From Octopus sinensis (Eukaryota): a stretch of 64,000 nucleotides of DNA. Under the pieces are notes generated by a model. That model had not been told where the DNA came from. It was given only the letters and a program-made list of their open reading frames with translations, and made no database searches. The DNA lies in the NCBI RefSeq assembly GCF_006345805.1, contig NC_043000.1:64604001-64668000 (forward strand), given 5' to 3'. Positions 24,513 to 36,242 of this stretch are shown here, piece by piece. Both the position numbers and the translations under genes were made by a program. Each line of letters opens with the position of its first letter. The stretch's first letter is position 1.

Positions 24513-24714
24513 TAATCCAAACAAGAAAACACAAAAAAACACAACAATGCGAGGACGTGGAACAAATATAGTATTATTGGTCGCTCAGGAAAGAAGGAAA
24601 GAAGAAGGGTTTAACGTTTTGAGCGGAGCTCTTCATCGGAAACATAGGAGAAGGAAAGATCCAGAGAAGGGAAGACAGAGGGAAAAAAATCGCCAACGGT
24701 ACACACAAGGTCAC
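24508..24714 (-). mobile_element. Penelope-like/retrozyme-type fragment with variant hammerhead
   Basis: (TA)n-flanked; hammerhead motif at 24609-24643. Confidence 0.5.
24609..24643 (-). ncRNA. Minimal hammerhead, variant/decayed
   Basis: GUUU-CCGAUGA-A-GAGC[UCC]GCUC-AAA-ACGU-U-AAAC; U4C and G12A changes. Confidence 0.55.
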
Positions 24715-24741
24715 ATATATATATATAATATATATATATAT

Positions 24742-24989
24742 AGAAATTCGGGGTGAGTACTTGATAATTATAAGCATTCTATGCTGCTGCCGCATTATGT
24801 CGTACGCGAATGAGAGGATTTGCATCCCCAACCAAGAATTTTTGATGTAACACATGTCCTTGTGGAAGCTGTTGTGCGCGGCTGAAGAAGGCCACAGACA
24901 TACATTATGCATTGTTATAAATCTGTCTAATAAAGGCCCGAAACATATGTACCGCTGAATCCTTTGCATCATGTTTTTATTTTGATCAA
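24742..24989 (+). mobile_element. Penelope-like/retrozyme-type fragment with hammerhead
   Basis: (TA)n-flanked; hammerhead at 24878-24955. Confidence 0.5.
24878..24955 (+). ncRNA. Type I hammerhead ribozyme with extended stem II
   Basis: GCGG-CUGAAGA-A-GGCC..ACAGA..UCUGU..GGCC(C)-GAA-ACAUAUGU-A-CCGC; palindromic stem III, GUA triplet. Confidence 0.7.
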
Positions 24990-25011
24990 TATATATATAT
25001 ATATATATGTA

Positions 25012-25050
<39 letters not shown>

Positions 25051-25056
25051 ATATAT

Positions 25057-25117
<61 letters not shown>

Positions 25118-25157
25118 CATATGAATAGTTCGATGTTATGACATTTAGTCAATATAG

Positions 25158-25490
25158 TAAAAGTATCAAGGAAAAAGTGTTCAATTTCTGAGATACAATG
25201 TGAAGGACATACATGTGATCTTATCATACTTATCATATAGCATTTGCATACACACACATAATATATATATATATATGACGGAGTGCTGAAAAGTTCCTGG
25301 CTTTAAGGGTATTGCAAAAGGCCTGGTTGGAGGCCTAACCTTCTGAGATCTTTTACAGGGCTTAGTAAAACTGAAAGACTGCTGCAATAAATGTGTGAAT
25401 CTGAGAGGGAAATATGTTGAATAAAATCATAATCAACTGATCCTCCTGTATTTTCTTTTACCCAAAGCCAGGAACTTTTCTGCACACCCT
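25158..25490. repeat. Right copy of direct repeat continuing into complete mariner MITE
   Basis: Continues past the left copy's breakpoint to the right TIR AAGCCAGGAACTTTTCTGCACACCC. Confidence 0.9.
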
Positions 25491-25984
25491 TATATAGTGT
25501 TATGTAATGGTAAGATTCAGGGATCCAAATGTAGGAAGTTTGTAAGATCCAAACAGTTTATGGCAAGTACAGAAAACAAGAAATGAACAATGTATGAATA
25601 AGAACAATAGCATTTTATTGAAATTGAAGGTTACTCACTTTTGCCCATGTCAAAGTTACTCTTCCCCATGTCAAAGGAAATTTAATAAGATGAAAGTTTC
25701 TGTATACTTTATGGTTAGTAACTAGAGTTGCTGTGAATGTGAATGAAAATCCAAACAAAGGAAGGGGAATGGATACCTCCAACTCACATCTGTGGTGAGT
25801 TAACAAGGAAATTCTATGCAACAACGCAACCTTCATTTAATCAAAGTATGTTCAGCCTGATGATTAGCTAAGTTGAGTACACCTTTTTGAGTAATTATTA
25901 CATCAGAGGATCAGCTACCAAAGAAACGTATGTAACCTCCATTTTACCTGTTCCACTCTCTCACTTTGGATACACATACTCACA

Positions 25985-26250
25985 TCATCATCAACATTTA
26001 ATGTCACTCTTCCCTGCAGGCATGGGTCAGGTGGCTTGACAGAAACTAGCAAGGCCAGGAGCCACACCAGGTTTTATAGTCTATTTTAGCTTGGTTTCTA
26101 CAGCTGGATACCCTTCCTAATGCCAATTACTTTACAGAGTGCACTGGGTTCTTTTTATATGACATTAGCACCCACACTAATGCTTTTTACATGGCACTTG
26201 CATTTTAGGATCTCAAGTCTGTTATGGTAGGTGGATCTTCTCAAGTATAG
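25985..26250 (-). mobile_element. RTE-type LINE 3' UTR fragment, decayed
   Basis: Shared 3' UTR motifs (CAGCTGGATACCCTTCCTAATGCC). Confidence 0.65.
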
Positions 26251-26292
26251 CAATGTGCCACCATGCATACATATGTACATATACATACATAT

Positions 26293-26368
<76 letters not shown>

Positions 26369-26393
26369 TGCATACACACATATATATACACAT

Positions 26394-26424
<31 letters not shown>

Positions 26425-26928
26425 CACACATACATATATACATACATATGTACATGTATATATGCACACATACAGATATACATATATGTATACAGGCATG
26501 TCTATGTCTTATGTGTTAATTTTCCATTCATTCCTTTGACATGCTCTTGTTTAACTTTTGAAATACGCACGTATGCACAGACACAGACACAGACACACAC
26601 ATTAAAAACACAATATACATACTTGTGGGATATTTTTACCTAGTGGTAGATGTCATGTTCTTATTTTTATGAGCACTCTTGAATTTTCTTGATAAATATT
26701 GAGCATAATGTTGTAGGGAATAAATATCTGTGTATGTTATCTTACATGATCTGAATTAATTGTAGAATGATTATCCAAGTCTCTAGTACATGATAGCAGA
26801 GGGTTGATTTTATACATGTGTGTAAAATCAAAAATATTCATTACCTAAGTACTTCAGGGAATAAAGTGCATAGACTTCAACTCAAAGGAAAATCTAGGAT
26901 TACTAACTGCATTAACTTAACATCATGT

Positions 26929-26974
26929 TCATAGGTCTTGTGTTTCTCCTTTTAGTACATCTGCTAAACCTAAA
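26929..26974 (-). CDS. Candidate terminal coding exon (LGLADVLKGETQDL*)
   Basis: Long polypyrimidine acceptor ttttttttcag|T TTA GGT...CTA TGA; no homology identified. Confidence 0.3.
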
Positions 26975-28218
26975 CTGAAAAAAAAAATAAAAAAGAAAAA
27001 AAAAAGAATGAAAACATATTTGTCATTCTGTGTCCTGTTTAAGTATATGCTGCTTTTTATCTCTGTATGAATCTAAAGATTGCGAACCTGTTTCTAGCAT
27101 AGATATTATATAAATTGCTGTAATTGCAACTTACAAATTATTTTAGTAGATGACCCAGATAAATGACTAAAGACTAATAATAGATACAGCAAGTTGGTAT
27201 AAACCAGATAGAAGCATTTACTTCAATGGTACCCTTCTTCAGAGGATCGAATTCCCTCTCGTTTTTTTTTTTTATCATAGACACTGTATTTACTCCCCCA
27301 GCATTAGCTGTTTATTTTTACCTTTGTTCTTGTCCTCAGTTCGAGCTATATATGAATTGTATAGTTGATGCAATAGGTTTAGCTCTGTTTTATCTGGCAT
27401 GAATAAAAATGTATACTATTTCTCACACTAACATGTAATTACATTTCATTTTAAGTTCTATCTCTAACATATTCAGTATGTTGTACATTATCTGTCACGT
27501 GTGCACCAATTTACATGCTGTTAGTATTTTGTACATCCTTTCGCACATGATAAATAATTTGCTTACAAACCTAAACCTACCTATTGTTCAGTTTGTTAAA
27601 ATGAAAATTTCAAATATTTAATCAGTGATATACTTTCATTTCTTCTTTGTATTTCAGTTGCATAAGTTTCAGTGAGATAGACTGAAAGCCAATTCAGATA
27701 TAGAAAATAAGAATACTTGTTAACATAGTTAAATGACCTACAAAAAAAGAAAAGAAAAAAAGGATTGAGAATAAAGTTCATACATCTGCCTGGTGCATTA
27801 TATCAAGACCACATGTCATTTGTTTGAGAAGAGAAATGGAAAATGCTAAAGGCATGCCTTTTGTCACTGCTTGTTCACCACTGACTCATAAGAACACAGG
27901 TCAAATATAAGCTCAAGGAAAGATATTCAGTTAAGGAAATTTACCTATAAAGGGAAATTTAAATAACAGATCATGTACTATTAGAATCATTTGGTTGGAG
28001 ATATTTCACACATACATAGAAAACTGGATAATAATGGTATAGGTTGAACTTAGTAGTAGATATGGACTACAATTATAAGAGGACACTGTTATAAATTATT
28101 GTAGTAAGGATAAGCTAGAGCAGTAGATTATACTGTGTTAAAAATGTAAGCACCGACTTAATTTTTTTTCATGGTGCCTCTGAGATGTTTAACCATAACC
28201 CAATTCTATTTTTCTATA

Positions 28219-28560
28219 GGTGCAGGTTGGGCTGTGGGGTTAAGCAGCTTGCTTCCCATCTGTGTGGTCTTCCCACTGAGATGCACCACAGGCAAGTGTC
28301 TTCATCTATAGCTACAGGTGACCAAAATCTTGCGAGTGGATGCAGTAGATGGAAACTGAAACAAACATGTCATAGCTGTCTTTTAAATATATATATATAG
28401 GCACACAAGTGGCTGTGTGGTAAGAAACTTGATTCCCAACAACATGGTTCCGGGTTCAGTCCCACTGCACGGCACCTTGGGCAAGTTTCTTCTACTATAG
28501 CCTTGGGCCAACCAAAGCCTTGTGAATGGATTTAGGAGATGGAAACTGAAAGAAGCTTGT

Positions 28561-28633
<73 letters not shown>

Positions 28634-28965
28634 TGTATATGTGTGTCTGTGTTTGCTTGACAACCGATGCTGGTGTGTTTACGTTCCCGTAACTTACCAG
28701 TTTGACAAAAGAGGCTGGTAGAATAAGTACTAGGCATACAAAGAATAAGTCCTGGGGTTGATTTGTTCAACTAAAAGTAGTGCTCCAGCATGGCTGCAGT
28801 CAAATGACTGAAACAAATAAAAGAATATATATAGCCACACAAGTGGCTGTGTGATAAGGAGCTTGCTTCCCAATGACATGGTTCTAGATTCAGTCCCACT
28901 GCATGGCATCTTGCACAAGTGTCTTCTTACTATAGCCTTGGGCCAACCAAGAAACTGAAAGAAGT
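28219..28965 (+). mobile_element. Cluster of SINE A copies (28219-28372 partial, 28400-28825 full, 28832-28965 5' part)
   Basis: Repeated family A heads in tandem. Confidence 0.85.
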
Positions 28966-29389
28966 CCCTAACTCTCTCTTTTATCTTTTCTCTTGTCAAA
29001 GAAAATATTTCTCCATTGTTTGCTATTTTACCCTCGTTCTGTTCTAATGACCCTCCATGCTTGTTTTGTTTGGTTTTCTTGTATGTCTCCACTGTCCTGT
29101 TTTTGTTCCCAACTTTGACCCACCATAAATTCCAAATTTCATTTTGGTACTTATGGTAACAACTGTCTTCAAAGACTCATATTGTTGTTCAATGCTCGAA
29201 AGGAGGAGTAGATAGACAGCCAACAACTGATGAAGAAGGGTCATTCTTTATGTTACTTGTCCTGTTTTCCATTAGTTTCTCTCATTGTTTGCCTATTGAA
29301 CTCAAATGAGTTGCAGATTTTGACGTATGGGGTATCAAAAAATTCAGTAATCTTTCGGCTACCAAATAAACATTTTTCATTTCTTTCTT

Positions 29390-29771
29390 TCTTTTACTTG
29401 TTTCAGTCTGGGGCCATGCTGGAGCACCACCTTTAGTCAAGCAAATCGACCCCAGGACTTATTCTTTGTAAGCCTAGTACTTATTCTATTGGTCTCTTTT
29501 GCTGAACTACTAAGTTACAGGGCCGTAAACACACCAGCATCAGTTGTCAAGTGATGTTGGAGAAACAAAGACAGACACACAAACATATACACACACACAC
29601 ATATATACGACGGGCTTCTTTCAGTTTCCGTCTACCAAATCCTCTCACAAGGCTTTGGTTGGCCCGAGGCTATAGTAGAAGACACTTGCCCAGGGTGCCA
29701 TGCAGTGGGAATGAACCTGGAACCATGTGGTTGGTAAGCAAGCTACTTACCACACAGCCACTCCTATGCCT
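29390..29771 (-). mobile_element. SINE family A, full length
   Basis: As 1741-2126. Confidence 0.9.
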
Positions 29772-31019
29772 ATTTACATATTTTCTACACTATCTCAACA
29801 ATCAGCTATAGTTATTTGAAAGACACTGTTCTAAAACGACCAGGTTTCATTTGAAAGGGAAAATAGTTTCACACTTTCAATTTGAACCAAAATTATAAAG
29901 TGTTGCATTAAAAGATTGATGATGCTTGGATAATGAAAGTAATATTTCTCCGAAATAGTCACACCTGTACTGTAATAAAGAAAGCTGCTTATCATCTATC
30001 TATATATATATATATATAAAGGCTACCAAATAAACTATGTTTTTGGCACAACAAATCTTTTTTACTACAAGCATAACCTTGGAAACAAGGTTGGATCACA
30101 CAATTTTGAAATCATTTTCAGGCAATACTTCAATTTGCTTATAATGTTTCACTTTTGTCTGATGTTTCATGTATGCATAGAATTCTACTCAGACAAACAT
30201 TTATGAAAATGTACACTAAATAATGTATTAAAATAAGCTACAACCAAAACATTTTCATTAAAAGACATCCATTTCTCTATATGTTATGAGGAAATACAGT
30301 CACTCCCTCTCTCTCTCACATGCACATATATATATACAAAAAAGATGTATTTATGTAGGTGTATATGAATGATAATGTGTGTGTGTGAGTGAGATAAAGA
30401 AAGAGAGAGAGCGAGTTTTTGCCATTTACACATATGACAACACACCTTCACTCAGTCACTCTCCCGCTCTCTCTCTCCTTCTCTCTCATGCACATGCACA
30501 CACACACACGTCCATTTCATATACATGTACATAGATTTTTCACTTTTCTTCTCTATCACTTTCTGCTCTCACTTCAAGGTAAATGTCACTTTTTCACTTT
30601 CTCCTCTCTTTCAATTTCTGCTCTCTTCAAAGCATAAAGAAATAAAAATTTTTTACAGAACTTAACAAACAATCATATGATCTCATATGATTGATCATAT
30701 AATCAAGTTGTCAATTGAAAAAATGCCATAAAGTAAATTCTTTTGGCACACACATGCACACACTCACACACACACACACTAGGTAAACCTGTATGAATAA
30801 TCTTATTTCTTACTGTGTGCATGTGTGAAATTACAGCTCAATTCCAATTGAAATAATCTTTTTCTATTCTGTAATTCGTGTTTGTGATGAGCGTATTTAA
30901 AAACTTAAACTTCAATATAAACTTAAAAGGAAGTTTTCCTAGATATCCAGTCCTTTACCTGTTGTTTCTAGCATGCCCGAGGTGACATTTGCGCTCCTCC
31001 CCCATTTTGTTTTCCTAAA

Positions 31020-31670
31020 TTTCTCCTCATTTCTATGTTTTTGATACAGAAGATTATAATTTTGCCCCCAAACATGTTCTCAAAATTTTAATTTTCTCCC
31101 TCCCCACTCCAATTTCTTCATTTTTTTCAAATTTTTTTCTTAGTAATCCACAGAGGAAAAAACAGAATACAAATCTTTAAGAATTTTCTTCTTCCTTTTT
31201 TCTTAAAGAAACACTAAAATTTCCTTCCCAAACATCCACCCATCACCTCACCACTTTCAAAAAGCTATAAACTTCCAATGTTTCACTTTTAGCTTTTTGG
31301 AAAGAGGGGAAGATTCTTCAGAAATAATGTCATTTACCTATTGTTTCGAGCATGTTGGATTTTCTGGTGGTGGTCTGGTATTTCAGTGCAATTTGATGTA
31401 TGTGTGAAAAATCAGATGAATGTGAAACATTGGGAGGTTTTAGCTTTTTGAAAGCAGGTAGATGATGGGTGGGTGAGGTGGGGAGAGGAGCATCAAGTGT
31501 TTCTTTAAGAAAAATTAAACTTTATAAAAAAATATATATTTCTCAGATTTATAATCTCTGTATTTTTTTTATGTGGATAAAAAAAAAAATTCGAAAAAGA
31601 AATTAAAATTTTGAGAGCATAATTTCTGAGCAAAATCACATTAATCTCCTTTTATACAATGAAACAATAC
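31020..31670. mobile_element. Degenerate fold-back (MITE-like) element
   Basis: CTCAAAATTTTAATT / AATTAAAATTTTGAG, TTCTTAAAGAAACAC / GTGTTTCTTTAAGAA and TTTCAAAAAGCTA / TAGCTTTTTGAAA inverted matches. Confidence 0.5.
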
Positions 31671-31891
31671 ATAGTTTCTGACCCTTCTTAAGAATAGAAA
31701 GCACTTTCATGAAAACCCATGCAAATTGTACCCTTTGCCCCCTTCACTTTTAAACAAACAATAACTTCCATTACACCTGCAATCCAGTTCACTATATATG
31801 AGCTGTATCACCAATTCTACCCATAAGAAAGGAACAAATAATACAATGTGGCTGTAGGTCATAGCACCCGGACAACATAGGGATGCTAATA

Positions 31892-31939
<48 letters not shown>

Positions 31940-32171
31940 TACATGTGTGTAGTAGTAGTAGAATAAGAAATAGAATACTGTATTATATATTTGATAAAAT
32001 GAATAAAAATGGATTTTCTGATAATTTTTCCAATTTAAAAACATCTAATTATTAAAGTGGAAAAATGATCAGAAAAGTTATTTCTATTCATTTTTTTCAG
32101 ATGTATATATACATACACACACACACACCTATATATATACATACATAAACATAAATATACATATATATATA

Positions 32172-32512
32172 GGCGCAGGAGTGGCTGTGTGGTAAGTAGC
32201 TTGCTTATCAACCATATGGTTCTAGGTTCAGTCCCACTGCATGACACCTTGGGCAGGTGTCTTCTGCTATAGCCTCAGGCCGACCAAAACCTTGTGAGTG
32301 GATTTGGTAGACAGAAACTGAAAGAATCCCATCGTATATATGTGTGTGTGTGTTTGTCCCCTCCATTGCTTGACCACTGATGTTGGCATGTCTATGTCCC
32401 TGTAACTTAGCAGTTCGGCAAAAGACACTGATAGAATAAGTACTAGGCTTACAAAAAGTAAAGTCAGTGCTCCAGCATGGCTGCAATAAAATGACTGAAA
32501 GAAATAAAAGAA
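32172..32512 (+). mobile_element. SINE family A with internal deletion
   Basis: GGCGCAGGAGTGGCTGTGTGG head; lacks the GGGGTCGATTTG segment. Confidence 0.85.
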
Positions 32513-32564
32513 CATATATATATATATATATGTATATACACACACACACACATATATGTATATA

Positions 32565-33464
32565 CTAGCTGACGTACCCACCAATTCCTGGGAAAGCAGG
32601 GCTTATCCCTTGGTTCCATTCTCATAATTCTTTCACTAATCCAGTAACAACAATACAAAGTTTTTGTGCATTTATTGAGAATGCCGAACTGTCTTACACA
32701 GGATCTTGTTTTTAGGAATTCCCAATAAGTTATGAATACCCAAATTGTGAAGTCAGTTATGTAACAACATGAAACTAATAATCCGAAAGTAAAAATTCAA
32801 GTAAAGTAGCCCCAAAAAGAGCTTTTATACATTCCCAGAGTATACAGAACTTAGGAGGAAATACTATTTAGGTATGAATACTGAAATCGTGAAGCATGTT
32901 ATGTAATAACATGCTAATGAGATATGTGATAATAACAATTCAAAATAAATAACTCTGAAAAATGCTTTTGTGTATTCGCATAAAATATTACCCTCAGTGG
33001 CACTAGTGTTGGTATATTTGTGAATAAGTCACTAACTGAAATAAGTGGATCTATTGCTTAGAAGAATACTATTTACTTGTTTAAGTGTTGTACTGGATAA
33101 AATGTGAAAACAACTCAAATAGCTCAAATACTAAGAAATAAGCATACTCAATTTGATTTATACGAAATAATTTACGAACATGAATGGGTAATTTTCCTTA
33201 GCTATATATAAGGATCCCTTTCAGGAGCGAATGGGTTATTTCCCTTGGATGTTTAAAAATAATATACTAGTTATATGTAGTAGATATAAGAATCCCTTTC
33301 AGGGGCCCTATTATCGATTTTTCAACAATCTAAGTATGTCACTAGTTTTCCAGGCATGAGTTCTACTCACATGTCAAGTTTCATTAAAATCGATAAAGCG
33401 ATGTAGGAGGAATTATATAACAACACCACAAACAAACACACCCACAGATTTCCACATATGTAGT

Positions 33465-33467
<3 letters not shown>
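32565..33467 (-). mobile_element. Non-autonomous Helitron
   Basis: Minus strand A|TC start, CTAG|T end, CCCAGGAATTGGTGGG hairpin about 10 nt before CTAG. Confidence 0.65.
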
Positions 33468-33498
<31 letters not shown>

Positions 33499-33507
33499 GT
33501 GTATGTA

Positions 33508-33965
33508 CAGTAATCTCTTGACTATCGTGGGTGTTATGTTCCAAAATCCGCAAAGTAGAAACAGTACTGCATTGTATATATTTTTTTTAATTTGTATATA
33601 TATTTTATTATAAATGCAAAACAACACCACACACTTACCTCCCAAGTTTCGTTTTCCATACAGTATGTGCGGTACACTACAGTACACTCATCTACGGTAC
33701 ACTACATATTTTCTTTTAATATATTTTAATTAATGTATTATATAGTGCAATATTGTACTGTATTTTACTTTATTAATTTTTAGAGGCGAAAATGCTTATT
33801 TTACTACAGCAATAATTAAAATCTTTAAAATATTAATACTTATCGGCTGCATAAAGCTGTGATATACTGAGGAGTCCATGATATAAATTTACATATATTA
33901 GCCAGAAAAATCCGTGATATACTGAGGGCGCAATAGGTTAACCAAGATATGGCGAGTGATTATTG
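33508..33965. mobile_element. Tigger/pogo-type MITE
   Basis: TA|CAGTAATCTCTTGACTATCG ... GATATGGCGAGTGATTATTG|TA. Confidence 0.7.
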
Positions 33966-33989
33966 TATATATAGATGTGTTCATGTTTT

Positions 33990-34489
33990 TGTGTTTGAGT
34001 TTGCTTCCCACTTACCTATGACAACTGGAGTTGGTTAGTTTATTTCCCTGTAAATTAGCAGTTTGGCAAAAGAGAATGATAGAATAAGCCCCAGGCTTAA
34101 ACAATACATACAAGAATCAATTTGTTCAACAAACCCCACTTCAATACAGCACTTCAGCATGGCTGCAGTCTACTGACTGAAACAAGTAAAGGACAAAACA
34201 TAACCAGTGTATAAACTTGAGCAACTATGTGCAGTTCTGGGTTCAGTCCCACTGTGTGGCATCTTGAGTAAGTGTCTTCTTTTATGGCCAAAGGCTGACC
34301 AAAGCCCGGTGAGTGGATTTAGTAGATGGAAACTGAAAGAATCCATCATATATATGTATTATATATATATATCTATACACCTGCTTGTTGTTTATACACC
34401 TGTCTTCGTCTTTTGTTTTTCTGTAAATTTCAATTGTATATATATATATATATATGTATATATAAATAAAAATATAAATATATATATAT

Positions 34490-34557
<68 letters not shown>

Positions 34558-34561
34558 ATAT

Positions 34562-34641
<80 letters not shown>

Positions 34642-35082
34642 TACATATATATGTATGAAAGAGTGTTGCAAAGTTCCCGGCTTTGGAACTTTTCAACAGA
34701 AAATACAGGAGGATCATTTAAGTAAGATTTTATTCAACATATTTCCCTCTCAGATTCACACACTTGTAGCAGCAATCCTTCAGTTTTTCTAAGCCCCATA
34801 AATGAACTTGGAATGTTGGGCCTTCAACCAGGCCTTTCACTATACCTTTAAAGTCAGGAACTATTCGGCACCCCCTTATATATATGTGTGCGTGTATCTA
34901 TGTGTATGTGTCTGTTTGTCCTCCACCACTGTTGGCAACCGGTGTTGGTATATTTATGTCCCTGTAAATTAGCTGTTTGGACAAGAGATCATTAGAATAA
35001 GTTCTAGGCTTTTAAAACTATTCATGGTGGTGCTCCAGCATGGCTGCAGTGAAATAACTGAAACAAGTAAAAGATAAAAGAT
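33990..35082 (+). mobile_element. Cluster of SINE A fragments, long (TA)n (about 34435-34630) and a mariner MITE (34655-34878)
   Basis: Family A tails near 34190 and 35075; MITE TIRs. Confidence 0.7.
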
Positions 35083-35836
35083 ACCAATGAAATGATTCTT
35101 TCTTCGGTAGTTTGGCAATTACAGTGAAGCCCAGGTATTGTTGAGGGGTCATGGTAACACGAAAGCAAAGAGTTGTCTCCTGTTCTTTCAGAAATAATCA
35201 AAATAATATCGGTAAGTGACTAATATTGATTTTTTTTACCTGACCACATATTATTTCTAAAAATAGTTATGCAGTGGAATATTGCTACTTGCATTAGATA
35301 TATTAACACTAACTTAACAATAGTGATGAAGTGTGGTTAATGTTATAGCGTAAGTTTACTATAGTGTGGAATCACTATAGTCAGAACAAAAATTAACCAT
35401 GAAGAAAAAGGGAGGAAGAATGGGGTGTAAGAAGGGGAATCAAATGTTATTTGGGGTTTATGATCAAAACAAAGAAAAAATTATCAAGAATTCTAGTAAA
35501 TTTGAAAAACGATGAAGGGAGAGAGTTAAGACTAAGTAAAAAAAAAACAAGATATATTTACATACATATAACAAATATATTTGTTGTCAGTAAGCAGCAT
35601 TTACTAATTGCATCTGTATCGTATAAAAACAAATTTTTGGTAGTAGCTTATCAAAACAACTGATTCTATGCAAATAAAACTGTGTATTAATTAGTAAACA
35701 AATTTTTCTAATTGCATAAAGCTATAAGAGCTGCTACTAATTAACTTTAATAATGCATATTTTATTTAATACTTTATGATATTTGTATTTGGTTTGCAAG
35801 ATTCTTCATATGAACTTGTGTGTCGAAACAGATTTC

Positions 35837-36160
35837 GTTGCACCCCAGGGGAGTAATTATGTCGATAATAAACACATGCACTGGTTCAGTTTCATTTCTT
35901 TATTATTCATTAATTGGTTAACTTTTTTAAACCAACTACCGAACCAATTGTTTGAGACAGACCTGAAGTTGACAGAGTATGTCATTGAAGAGGTCATGAA
36001 TGGTGATGAAAAGACTTCGCCAAACACATGTGATTGATATATCAAACAACCAGTTAGTTAGTTGGTTAAAAATAGTTAACCAATTAATGAATAATAAAGA
36101 AGTGAAATTGTACCAGTGCATATGTTAATTATTGGCATAACAACCCTCCTGGGATACAAC
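35837..36160. repeat. About 120-bp-arm inverted repeat derived from hammerhead family 1
   Basis: Arms 35837-35955 / 36042-36160; spacer holds decayed hammerhead 35981-36022 (+). Confidence 0.75.
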
Positions 36161-36242
36161 AAAATAAAATATATAGTTACAAAAAATTTTTCTTCAAAGC
36201 ATCTATAGTAACAAAATTATATTCTTATGATTGACACTTTGT

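Noticed and set aside
25857-25934. CTGATGA-TAGCT...AGCTA-CCAAA-GAAACGTATGTA
   Set aside because: 5-nt gap before GAAA and no stem I pairing.
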